A stretch of 64,000 nucleotides of DNA, taken from positions 1,736-65,735 of the IMG/VR virus record IMGVR_UViG_3300035170_000083, one strand, 5' to 3'. The translations under genes were made by a program, and so were the position numbers. Shown here in pieces: positions 18,276-25,886 of the stretch (positions are counted from its first letter, which is position 1; each line of letters starts with the position of its first letter). The DNA is from a virus. Taxonomy: Duplodnaviria; Caudoviricetes. The notes below the pieces were generated by a model. That model worked only from the letters and a program-made list of their open reading frames with translations, did no database searches and was not told the origin of the DNA.

Positions 18276-18692
18276 ATGAAAGCGTTGTGTGTGCGGCAGC
18301 CGTTCGCGGAGCTCATCGCGCGCGGCATCAAGAGGCTCGATATCCACTCGTGGGACACGAGCTATCGCGGTCCGCTGGCGATCGTCGCGCCCGACAGCTG
18401 GCATCGCTACGCGGACGAAGTGATGGAGGAGTATGGCCTGGTCGAGGCCGATTGCCCGCGCTCCATCACGGTGTGCATCGTCGAATTGCACGATACGGAG
18501 CGACGGCCGCAGCGGATCAGCCGCGCCGCCGCGCGTCGGATCGATGAGGCCGCGTGCGTGAACGTCGCACCCGGAGAATTCATGTTCATGATGCAGGGCC
18601 CGCGTCGCGTCGCGCCGGTCAAGGTCCGGCGACTGTTGCGGATCTACAGCATTCCAGACGAGAGCATTCGCGTTCTCCCGGTGCGGCCGTGA
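18276..18692 (+). CDS. ASCH domain protein
   Basis: 'MKALCVRQPFAELIARGIKRLDIHSWDTSYRGPLAI'; the GxKxxExR motif is degenerate. Confidence 0.85.
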   Translation: MKALCVRQPFAELIARGIKRLDIHSWDTSYRGPLAIVAPDSWHRYADEVMEEYGLVEADCPRSITVCIVELHDTERRPQRISRAAARRIDEAACVNVAPGEFMFMMQGPRRVAPVKVRRLLRIYSIPDESIRVLPVRP

Positions 18693-18892
18693 CACGCGAG
18701 GTCAACGCGCCGACCGAGCTAATCGCCGAGTGCAACACGAAGCGTTGGACCGTGGCCGACCTGGACGTCCGGCGCATGTTCGACGCAGCCGAGGTGGCCG
18801 AGGTGGTGCAGGAGGCGACGGCGGCGCTTGCCGAGGCGCAAACGGAAATGCTGCGCGACGTGGCGCGGCGGCTGGCCATCAGCTTTTGCTAG
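18689..18892 (+). CDS. Hypothetical protein
   Basis: GTGA overlap with the ASCH stop. Confidence 0.45.
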   Translation: MTREVNAPTELIAECNTKRWTVADLDVRRMFDAAEVAEVVQEATAALAEAQTEMLRDVARRLAISFC

Positions 18893-18905
18893 GCGAGGTG
18901 ACTCG

Positions 18906-19070
18906 ATGGGACCGACGACAAGCTACAGCAATTGGTGCGTAGCGCTGGGCACCGCGGCTGCGAAATTCAACCGGGTGATCCGATTCGGCCCTGACACGTT
19001 CGACGCCTGGCGGCGAGGCCAGTCGCCCGAGGGTTACGCACAGACGCAACCGAAGCCGCGCGGCTTCTGA
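18906..19070 (+). CDS. Hypothetical protein
   Basis: SD GAGG; MGPTTSYSNW... start. Confidence 0.5.
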   Translation: MGPTTSYSNWCVALGTAAAKFNRVIRFGPDTFDAWRRGQSPEGYAQTQPKPRGF

Positions 19071-19110
19071 CCTGCACAGCGCATCCGGTGCGACGGGTGC
19101 GCGATGGAGG
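19071..19110 (+). repeat. TGCACAG-hairpin-CGATGGAGG element, copy E
   Basis: CCTGCACA GCGCATCCG gtgcga CGGGTGCGC GATGGAGG, directly after a TGA. Confidence 0.9.
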
Positions 19111-19118
19111 ACCAGACC

Positions 19119-19307
19119 ATGGAAGATCGTCCGTTGACCGATGCCGAGCTGATCGCTGTCGCTGCGCTGGCGCAGTGCGACGTCGTGAGCATGAAATCCG
19201 AAAACGACTACCGCGTCTCGTGCGGCGCGGCGCCCGCCTGGGCGACGCTGGCGTCTGACGCGACCGCGCGGCTCGAGCGCGAGCTGCGCCGGCGGGGTGC
19301 GCTCTGA
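19119..19307 (+). CDS. Hypothetical protein
   Basis: Start lies 8 nt after the element's GGAGG. Confidence 0.6.
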   Translation: MEDRPLTDAELIAVAALAQCDVVSMKSENDYRVSCGAAPAWATLASDATARLERELRRRGAL

Positions 19308-19348
19308 AGCTCGACGGCGCCGACTGCGAGTGTGTTAAAGTACCACTA

Positions 19349-19738
19349 ATGGCGGGTGCGCGACTTCAGAAGATCGGCGAAAAGGCGCTGTGGGAAGCAC
19401 TCAAGAAGCACAACGGCCGCGTCCAGCCCGCCGCGCTCGAGCTGGGCGTGCGCCAGTCGAGCCTGCAGAAGGCGCTGGAGACCTGGGCGAAGCACGTAGG
19501 GGACGAGGCCAAGAAGCTGCGTGAGGCCGACGGCTACACGTTCGGGAGGCCGGGGGAAGTAGACCGCCAGGTCTCGGCGGAACAGTTTTTGAAGCTCTGG
19601 GAGGAGCACGACCGCAAGGTCTTCACGGTGGCGAAGGTGCTCGGGGTCGATCGGTACGCGGTGCGCCGCCTGGCGCGCCTGTACAGCGCCCCAGGGGCGC
19701 CGCCGCCGCGCGCACGAAGGAGGAAGGACGATGGTTGA
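19349..19738 (+). CDS. Tandem Fis-type (HTH_8) DNA-binding protein
   Basis: 'ALKKHNGRVQPAALELGVRQSSLQKAL' and 'LWEEHDRKVFTVAKVLGVDRYAVRRLA'. Confidence 0.75.
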   Translation: MAGARLQKIGEKALWEALKKHNGRVQPAALELGVRQSSLQKALETWAKHVGDEAKKLREADGYTFGRPGEVDRQVSAEQFLKLWEEHDRKVFTVAKVLGVDRYAVRRLARLYSAPGAPPPRARRRKDDG

Positions 19739-19982
19739 AGAGATGGTAGGGGAGCCCGCGATGGTCAGCATGGACAGGTTCGGGGAGCGGGCAGCGGAGG
19801 CCGTGCAGGTCGGCGACCAGCTGCTCAACTTCTCGACGGTGGCGCGGTACATGGACCCAGCGCTGCTGCTCGAGGCGATGGAGTGGGCCGGGCACGGCGC
19901 GACGGCGCAGGCCATCGTCGACGAGTACGTGCGGCTGCATCGGCGGCGATACGGAGACGAGTTCGTCCAGCCGACGGTCTGA
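19731..19982 (+). CDS. Hypothetical protein
   Basis: SD GGAGG; overlaps the previous stop. Confidence 0.55.
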   Translation: MVEEMVGEPAMVSMDRFGERAAEAVQVGDQLLNFSTVARYMDPALLLEAMEWAGHGATAQAIVDEYVRLHRRRYGDEFVQPTV

Positions 19983-20000
19983 CCAGCTGGCGCGGCGACT

Positions 20001-20609
20001 CTAAGGGGCCGGGTCGGCGGGAAGCTTTTCCGCCACGCGGCCCGTCCTCGCCGGCCACCGCGCGTAGAACTCCGCCTTGTCGCGGTCCATCAGCTTGGCA
20101 GCATCGACGCTCGACGTCATGAGGTTGCCGGAGGGCAGGTGGTCGAGCCCGAGCGCGTGACCGATCTCGTGGGCGGCGACGGCCGCGCAACCATCCTGGC
20201 CCTGGCAAGCCATGTCAGCGACGTGAATTTCGCCGTCGACCTCGTTCCACCACTGCTGGTTGTCCGAGTACTCGCCCTTGGTCCCGAGGACCACGCCGAT
20301 AGAACTCGCGGCGACCTGGCCGGGAACCTCGCGCGCGCAGCGCACCTGAGCGCCAACCGCGTCCCAGAGGTGCGCGCCGCGGCAGTACGCGTCCACCATG
20401 TCGCCGGGAGGCGTCTCGCTTGCCTCGAGCCACGCCTGCTGCTGGTCGTTCCAGTAGTTCGTGACGGCCTTGGGGTAGGTCAGGTCGTGGAGCTTGTCGC
20501 TGATCACGATGACCGCGAGCGAGCCGTCTCCTCGCAGTCCCGAGGAGCAGCCCGCCAGCGCGGCCGCCACAGCGACCCAACACCATCCCGTCGCCCGCAT
20601 TGACTCCAT
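20001..20609 (-). CDS. Lipoprotein metzincin (matrixin-like) metalloprotease
   Basis: Lipobox LAGC; HEIGHALGLDH followed by a Met-turn (GNLM). Confidence 0.85.
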   Translation of the reverse strand: MESMRATGWCWVAVAAALAGCSSGLRGDGSLAVIVISDKLHDLTYPKAVTNYWNDQQQAWLEASETPPGDMVDAYCRGAHLWDAVGAQVRCAREVPGQVAASSIGVVLGTKGEYSDNQQWWNEVDGEIHVADMACQGQDGCAAVAAHEIGHALGLDHLPSGNLMTSSVDAAKLMDRDKAEFYARWPARTGRVAEKLPADPAP

Positions 20610-20719
20610 GTAACCCTATACAAAGGGTACGACCGATTTATTTCCGGAAGCACCCGCGTGATCGCGTGCGGTGAATTGTCGCATGGGTAAGATGGCGACC
20701 GGCCAAGAAATTTTGGGAT

Positions 20720-21466
20720 GTGCGGTCCCCAATTGACAACCAGTCGACCGCCGATCAGAAGCTCGTCAGCGTGCGAACCCTGGTAGTGTTTCTCGCGCTC
20801 TTTGTTGCAGCGCCCGCGTTCTCCGACGAGGCTGATATCAGCGAGGAGGCGCGCCGCCATTTCGACGTCGGATCAAAGGCCTACGACCTACTGCGCTGGA
20901 CCGAGGCCCTGGAGCACTTCCAAGCGGCCTACGAGCTCCGGCAGGACCCGGCGCTGCTCTTCAATATCGGGCAGTGCCAACGGCAACTTGGCCAACGCGC
21001 GGCCGCCGTCCACAGCTATCGCGCCTATCTCGAGCACGTACCCAACGCGCCGAATCGGCAGACGGTCTTGGACAAGATAGCCGAACTCGAGGCTGGTGCA
21101 CCTCCGCCGCCGGCGCCGCTGGCCTCGGCGAAGCCGCAACCCGCCGAGTCGCGCGTCGCCACGGTGGCGCCGCCGCCGGTGCGCCCGCGCCGATGGCGCC
21201 CAGGCGCGGCCGGCCCCGTTCTCATAGCGCTGGGCACGGCAGCCGCTGCTACGGGGATAGGCCTCGCCGCATACGGCAACCAGGTCGACGGCCGCGTGGC
21301 CGGTGCCCCTTCGCTGGCGCAGGCCGAGCGGTACGAGAGCGACCGCGACAAATTCGAAAATGCGGGATGGGCTATGATCGCCGTCGGAGGTGCTGCCGCA
21401 GTGGCGGGCATCGTCGTCCTGACGGTCGATTCGGTTCGGGCTCGTCGCCGGGAGCGCGCCCGATGA
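20720..21466 (+). CDS. TPR membrane protein (myxobacterial type)
   Basis: Signal peptide; TPR 'ARRHFDVG..AY...EALEHFQAAYELRQDPALLFNIGQC'; two C-terminal hydrophobic helices. Confidence 0.85.
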   Translation: MRSPIDNQSTADQKLVSVRTLVVFLALFVAAPAFSDEADISEEARRHFDVGSKAYDLLRWTEALEHFQAAYELRQDPALLFNIGQCQRQLGQRAAAVHSYRAYLEHVPNAPNRQTVLDKIAELEAGAPPPPAPLASAKPQPAESRVATVAPPPVRPRRWRPGAAGPVLIALGTAAAATGIGLAAYGNQVDGRVAGAPSLAQAERYESDRDKFENAGWAMIAVGGAAAVAGIVVLTVDSVRARRRERAR

Positions 21467-22659
21467 GCCGACGCCGCTGGTCACTCGCGCTGTTGCTCCT
21501 GGCCGCGAGCTGCCCCAAGAGCACGCCGCACGTTCGGTGCACGAACGACGACCAGTGCTCACTCCCCGGGCGCCCGGCCGTCTGCATCGACCATGTCTGC
21601 GCGGTGGCGTCGTCGAGCTGTCCGTCGGGGTATCGCATCGACTACCGCTCCGAAGGAAGCGCCGACTGTGTCCCGGCGGCACCGGACATGGCCGTGGGCT
21701 CCGGCGATGACCTGGCTACGTCCACGCCGAGCGACATGGCGGTCCCGCCCGGCACGCCGCTGACGTGGAGCCCCGTGTCGAATCCCGCGGCTGACCACGG
21801 GACAACGCTGCGCAGCATCTCCGGCCTCGGGCCCAACGAGGCGTGGGCTGTGGGGGATTCGTCGACGGTGCTCTACTGGCTGGCGGGGCAATGGTTGGCT
21901 CGAACCGCGATCCAGGGCCCGTTTCCTCCGGCCCTCGACTCGTTCACAACGGTCGTGGCCGGCCCGACGTCGGCGGAATGCTTCATCTTCGACGGCCACC
22001 CTCGGTTCCAGCACGTGCAGAGCCTGATGGGTGCCTCGTGGACGACGCTGCAACCCCGCTCTCAGCAGACGACAATCGACGGCGCAACCATCAACAGCTC
22101 CGAGGTCTGGGCCGTGGGAACCAGCGACGGCATCATTCACACGGTCGCCGGGATGTCGCCGACCCTGGTGACGGGGGTCGACGCCGTGACGCCGCCGGCC
22201 TTCAAGGCCGTCTGGTCGGTCGGCAACGACACGTGGGTCGTCGGGCTCGGCGGCGTGATTGTGCACGTCACAGCCGCGGCACCTGGCGGTCCATGGGCGG
22301 GGACGCAGATCGCCACCACGTCCACCGCGGACCTCTTCGCGGTCTGGGCCGGCGCGGGCGACGTCTGGGCGGCCGGCGCCGGCGGCGCGGTCGTGCACCT
22401 GGTGGCGGGCGGTGGCGGCTGGGCCAGCGCACCCAGCTCGAGCGGCGCCGCGGTTGACCTCCACGGCATCTGGGGCAGCGCAGGGGACGACGTCTGGGCG
22501 GTCGGGGATGGCGGCGCGCTGCTGCACTGGACCGGAGCCGCCGCGGGCTGGCAATCGGCCGCCAGCGGCACGAGCGCGCGCCTCAACGCGGTCTGGGGCA
22601 GCGGCCCGCGGGACGTCTGGGCGGTGGGCGACGGCGGCATCATCCTCCACGGTCAATAG
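21463..22659 (+). CDS. Lipoprotein with a Cys-rich N-terminus and beta-propeller repeats
   Basis: Lipobox AASC; repeated 'L.GIWGS...DVWAVGDGG.LLHW' blades. Confidence 0.85.
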   Translation: MSRRRWSLALLLLAASCPKSTPHVRCTNDDQCSLPGRPAVCIDHVCAVASSSCPSGYRIDYRSEGSADCVPAAPDMAVGSGDDLATSTPSDMAVPPGTPLTWSPVSNPAADHGTTLRSISGLGPNEAWAVGDSSTVLYWLAGQWLARTAIQGPFPPALDSFTTVVAGPTSAECFIFDGHPRFQHVQSLMGASWTTLQPRSQQTTIDGATINSSEVWAVGTSDGIIHTVAGMSPTLVTGVDAVTPPAFKAVWSVGNDTWVVGLGGVIVHVTAAAPGGPWAGTQIATTSTADLFAVWAGAGDVWAAGAGGAVVHLVAGGGGWASAPSSSGAAVDLHGIWGSAGDDVWAVGDGGALLHWTGAAAGWQSAASGTSARLNAVWGSGPRDVWAVGDGGIILHGQ

Positions 22660-22846
22660 CCGCCACCAGGCGGTCACTCTCCCTCCGCTCATCGCGCAGC
22701 AGGCGCCGCAGCACGTCGCTCTCCATCTTCTCCCGGTCGAGCGTCGCCAGCAGGCGCACCAGCGGGTCGTGCGGCGGCAGCTTCGCGCAGCGCTGGCGCA
22801 GCTCGAGCAGCTCCTCGGGCAGCAGCGGGGCGGTCTCCTGGGCCAT
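22640..22846 (-). CDS. Hypothetical protein
   Basis: MAQETAPLLPEELLELRQRC...; divergent from the LexA-box gene. Confidence 0.5.
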   Translation of the reverse strand: MAQETAPLLPEELLELRQRCAKLPPHDPLVRLLATLDREKMESDVLRRLLRDERRESDRLVAAIDRGG

Positions 22847-22907
22847 GCGGTAGCGTACGAGAGCAGCCGGCCGACCTTCCCGACGGCGCTCGTAGATCCC
22901 GCTTGAC

Positions 22908-22923
22908 CTGAAACTTTGTTCAG
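22908..22923. promoter_or_regulatory. Myxococcus-type LexA (SOS) box overlapping a TTGACC -35
   Basis: CTGAAACTTTGTTCAG against the M. xanthus consensus CTRHAMRYBYGTTCAGS; TTGACC at 22903-22908. Confidence 0.7.
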
Positions 22924-22937
22924 TCCAGGGTCCGGAC

Positions 22938-23318
22938 ATGAAGACCGGGGTGCCGACCTGCGAGCGGTGCGGCGGCGTCAAGGACGTCTGCAAGGCGTGC
23001 GGTGGCCGCCAGGGCGGCGTTCTGTACGGCACCGCCGCCCTGCGGGGCGCGTTGTGGGCGGAGCACGTCGTGAAGCAGCTGGTGGAACGCTGGCCGCTCC
23101 GCTGGCCCCGCTCGCCGAAGGCGGTCTACAAGGCCGGGGAGCGCATCAAGGACATCGCCGGCAGCGACCCAGAGCTCTACGGCTACCTGCTCGACGTGTG
23201 CATGAAGGCGGCGGCCAAGCGCTACGGCGAGATGCTCGACTACCTGCGCGGCGCGCGACAGCGGCTGCCGCCGAGGCCGCAGCCGATCGAGGCGAAGGAC
23301 GAGGATACGCCGCTGTGA
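22938..23318 (+). CDS. Putative SOS-inducible Zn-finger protein (antirepressor candidate)
   Basis: CERC...CKAC; starts 14 nt downstream of the LexA box. Confidence 0.55.
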   Translation: MKTGVPTCERCGGVKDVCKACGGRQGGVLYGTAALRGALWAEHVVKQLVERWPLRWPRSPKAVYKAGERIKDIAGSDPELYGYLLDVCMKAAAKRYGEMLDYLRGARQRLPPRPQPIEAKDEDTPL

Positions 23319-23368
23319 AGAGAGGGCCCGGCTGACGCTACGGACGAGGTCTAGGGTACCCTGGAAAA

Positions 23369-23923
23369 ATGAAAACGATCGACGACGACGACATCGCTTT
23401 CTTCGAAAAACAGTTCAAGGCCGCAGAGGGCAGACGCTCGATCGCGGTCGACGCGGCCGACATGACCGCGCTTGCCGTGGGGGACTACATCCTGACGTTC
23501 GCCGCGATGGAAGCGGCAATCGACTATGCAATTGCACTACTGCTTCACGCTCAGGACAAGAACCTGGGTTCGATGGTAGTGGCGCATGCGGGGTTTTCCG
23601 CGAAGCTGGACCTGCTTGGAGCGCTCCACAAGTATCGGTGCTCCACCAAGGGAGAGCGGGATGCAGTGGACGAGTTGATAAACGGCTGCCGTCAGGTGGC
23701 TGAGACGCGCAATCGCATTGTGCACGCAGACTGGGCCCAAGGTCACAGGGACGACAAGCCGTTCCTGCGGGTCGTCCGCGCCAGAGCAAAGGACGGCCTG
23801 CGAGTCGAACTTGTCGACATGCCAGCCGCGAAGCTGGTGGAAGCGACGACGGCCGCCGGCCGGATGATGAATGAGGTCTACGACGTCTTTGGAACGCCTG
23901 CCGGCGAGATCGACCAGTACTAG
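23369..23923 (+). CDS. HEPN-like helical protein (moron beside attP)
   Basis: All-helical with an Rx4H motif 'RNRIVH'; appears lower in GC than its flanks. Confidence 0.55.
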   Translation: MKTIDDDDIAFFEKQFKAAEGRRSIAVDAADMTALAVGDYILTFAAMEAAIDYAIALLLHAQDKNLGSMVVAHAGFSAKLDLLGALHKYRCSTKGERDAVDELINGCRQVAETRNRIVHADWAQGHRDDKPFLRVVRARAKDGLRVELVDMPAAKLVEATTAAGRMMNEVYDVFGTPAGEIDQY

Positions 23924-23930
23924 CTCTGTT

Positions 23931-24104
23931 TCGAGTAACGCCGAAAACCGAAGCATGACCAGCGGATGCGGCGTCAGTTACTCGATTCGCGCTAAAACAC
24001 CGTCGACGGAAGGTTAATACGCGTAAGGTTCTCAGTTCGATTCTGAGAGGAGCCACCAGTACTTACGCGACATTCCCCGCCGAAGTTACTCGATAGTTAC
24101 TCGA
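23931..24104. other. attP: attP: tRNA 3'-half core (about 24019-24058) flanked by arm-type repeats GTTACTCGA
   Basis: GCGTA AGGTT CTCAG TTCGATT CTGAG AGGAGCC A CCA forms anticodon 3' strand, T-arm, acceptor strand and CCA. Arm repeats are at 23931-23939 (inverted), 23977-23985, 24085-24093 and 24096-24104. Confidence 0.9.
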
Positions 24105-24155
24105 ATCAAGGTCGCCTTGGACGGTGTCTCCAGCACCATCCGGGGCGGCCTCGTT

Positions 24156-24335
24156 TCATTCCTGGCGCGCCTGCAGGACGTCGTCCCACGTCACCGTGAC
24201 CGGCCAGGCGCCGGCGTCGAAGATCTCGCGCAACCGCTCGATGGTCATCGCCTTGATCTCGGTGCGCGTCGGTCCTGCGCTGGGCGGTCGGCGGTCCGCC
24301 AATCTCGCTTTGATATCCTCGTCGTGGTCGCTCAT
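24156..24335 (-). CDS. Hypothetical 59-aa protein between integrase and attP
   Basis: ATGA overlap with the integrase stop; SD GGAGG. Confidence 0.5.
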   Translation of the reverse strand: MSDHDEDIKARLADRRPPSAGPTRTEIKAMTIERLREIFDAGAWPVTVTWDDVLQARQE

Positions 24336-25477
24336 CTCTTCCCTCCTGCGATCAGCTTGAATGCCTGCTCGGCCTGCGCGCCCTCGACCAGGCGCCGGTC
24401 GACGTAGTGCCGGAACGTCGTCGCTTCGTCCTCGTGTGACAGGTGGTTCATGATGTCGTTCGCCGCCGCCCCTCGCTTGGCAAGCACGGTGCCCGACGCG
24501 CTCTTGAGACCGTGAGGAGGGAAGCGGGGCACGCCGGCGCCATCGCAGAAGCGAGCCATCCCCTCCCAAAGCCACTTGTGCGTGTGATAGCCGTCCTCGG
24601 TGTACGGCGTCTTGAACAACGGCTCCTCCGGGTCTCGCCCCTCGATCAGCTCTCGAAAGAACGGCTGCAGCTTGTCGGGGATGACGCGCGGCTCGTTCGA
24701 CTTCTCGGTCTTCCCGTCGTGGACGTTCAGCTGGGTGCATCCCATGTCGACGTCTCGAACCTGGCGAATCACCAAGTCTTTCGACCGCAGCGACATGGAG
24801 AACGCAGACAGGAGGCCCAGCGCCGTCCAGTCCCGCAGTAGAAGCCGAGACCAGACGTAGTCGTACCATCGCTGCAGCTCGTTGCCGGTGGGCTTGCGCT
24901 TGCCGCTCTTGCGCTTGCCCAGCCCCTCGACGTCGTCGAATGGGTTGACGGTCACCCACCCCTGCTTCTTGCAGAACTTGTACAGGGACCGCGCGTTGAT
25001 GAGCGCCGCCCGGTGGTAGGCCACCGAGATCGGCTCTCCATCGGCGCGCTTCCGCTCGCGGAAGGCGTCGTAGAGCTCGCCGGCGCGCTCGACCCTGATG
25101 CTGCCGATCGCGGCCCCGAGGTCGGGGAAGAAGAGGCGGAGGCGACGGACCGTCTCCGTGTAGCTCTGCTCGACGGTGCCCTTGTCCTTGAGGTGCTGTT
25201 GGTAGGCGACGATGCCCGCCTCGAGCGAGAGCGTACGGGTGCGCTCTATTCCGTCCCTGAGTTTCTGCGCGTCCTGTTCGGCTTCGACTCGGACACGCTC
25301 GCACTCGGCCTCGTCGAGGTCGGCCGCGTCGCCGACTCGGTAATGCGTAGCCTCCTTTCGATCTTTCGGATCCTTCGCTCTCGGCTCGATGTGGATGATG
25401 CGCCAGTAGACCGTGCCTCGGATGGTGACCTTGGTCGGTCCGACGACGCGCGGTTCTTCGTCTGCTCGTCGAGACAT
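24332..25477 (-). CDS. int: Tyrosine integrase
   Basis: SAM-like core 'VNPFDDVE', catalytic R (SLRSKD), K (DGKT), HGLK, LSH and RHY; adjacent to attP. Confidence 0.92.
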   Translation of the reverse strand: MSRRADEEPRVVGPTKVTIRGTVYWRIIHIEPRAKDPKDRKEATHYRVGDAADLDEAECERVRVEAEQDAQKLRDGIERTRTLSLEAGIVAYQQHLKDKGTVEQSYTETVRRLRLFFPDLGAAIGSIRVERAGELYDAFRERKRADGEPISVAYHRAALINARSLYKFCKKQGWVTVNPFDDVEGLGKRKSGKRKPTGNELQRWYDYVWSRLLLRDWTALGLLSAFSMSLRSKDLVIRQVRDVDMGCTQLNVHDGKTEKSNEPRVIPDKLQPFFRELIEGRDPEEPLFKTPYTEDGYHTHKWLWEGMARFCDGAGVPRFPPHGLKSASGTVLAKRGAAANDIMNHLSHEDEATTFRHYVDRRLVEGAQAEQAFKLIAGGKR

Positions 25478-25611
25478 TCCGTCCCCTTTCTTGTCGACGA
25501 CGCAGCCGCTTGGTCATGCGGCGCCGAGATTCCCACGGCCTCTAGTTCGGCGCGTACTGCGCGCCTGAACAGTGACACCAGCTCGTCACGGTCTTCGTCG
25601 GTGAGCGCCAT
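25246..25611 (-). CDS. Hypothetical protein overlapping the integrase 5' end (excisionase/regulator candidate)
   Basis: MALTDEDRDELVSLFRRAVRAELEA start is coupled to the upstream stop; the ORF runs 232 nt into int in another frame. Confidence 0.45.
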   Translation of the reverse strand: MALTDEDRDELVSLFRRAVRAELEAVGISAPHDQAAASSTRKGTECLDEQTKNRASSDRPRSPSEARSTGASSTSSRERRIRKIERRLRITESATRPTSTRPSASVSESKPNRTRRNSGTE

Positions 25612-25886
25612 CAGACCAGCCCGTCCTCGGTCGCCTTCTTGTGGTGCCAGGCGCAGAGCGGCGTCTTCCGTTTCCCCGCCAGGTTCGCGTGCTTGGGGCA
25701 GAGCTTCAGACCGCACTTCTCGCCGGTGTAGATGCGCTCCCCGGTCTCGGGGTGCTTCTCATGCATCAACCAGCCACACGTCGCCGTCGCCTCCTCGGTG
25801 CAGCTCGGCACGCAGCAGCTGGTCGCGTTCTTCTCGCGCGGGCGCGGCGGGTCGTCAAGACGCGGCTGGGCGGCGCGGCGGGCCAT
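25611..25886 (-). CDS. Zn-finger protein
   Basis: CCVPSC...CG...CGLKLCPKH...LCAWH. Confidence 0.6.
   Translation of the reverse strand: MARRAAQPRLDDPPRPREKNATSCCVPSCTEEATATCGWLMHEKHPETGERIYTGEKCGLKLCPKHANLAGKRKTPLCAWHHKKATEDGLV

Noticed and set aside
15573-19110. CRISPR array or integron interpretation of the repeated hairpins
   Set aside because: Repeats are separated by whole genes, the stems vary, and there are no GTTRRRY boxes, integron integrase or cas operon.
24011-24058. Complete tRNA gene
   Set aside because: Only the 3' half is present, with no D-arm or 5' acceptor strand; it is the attP core.
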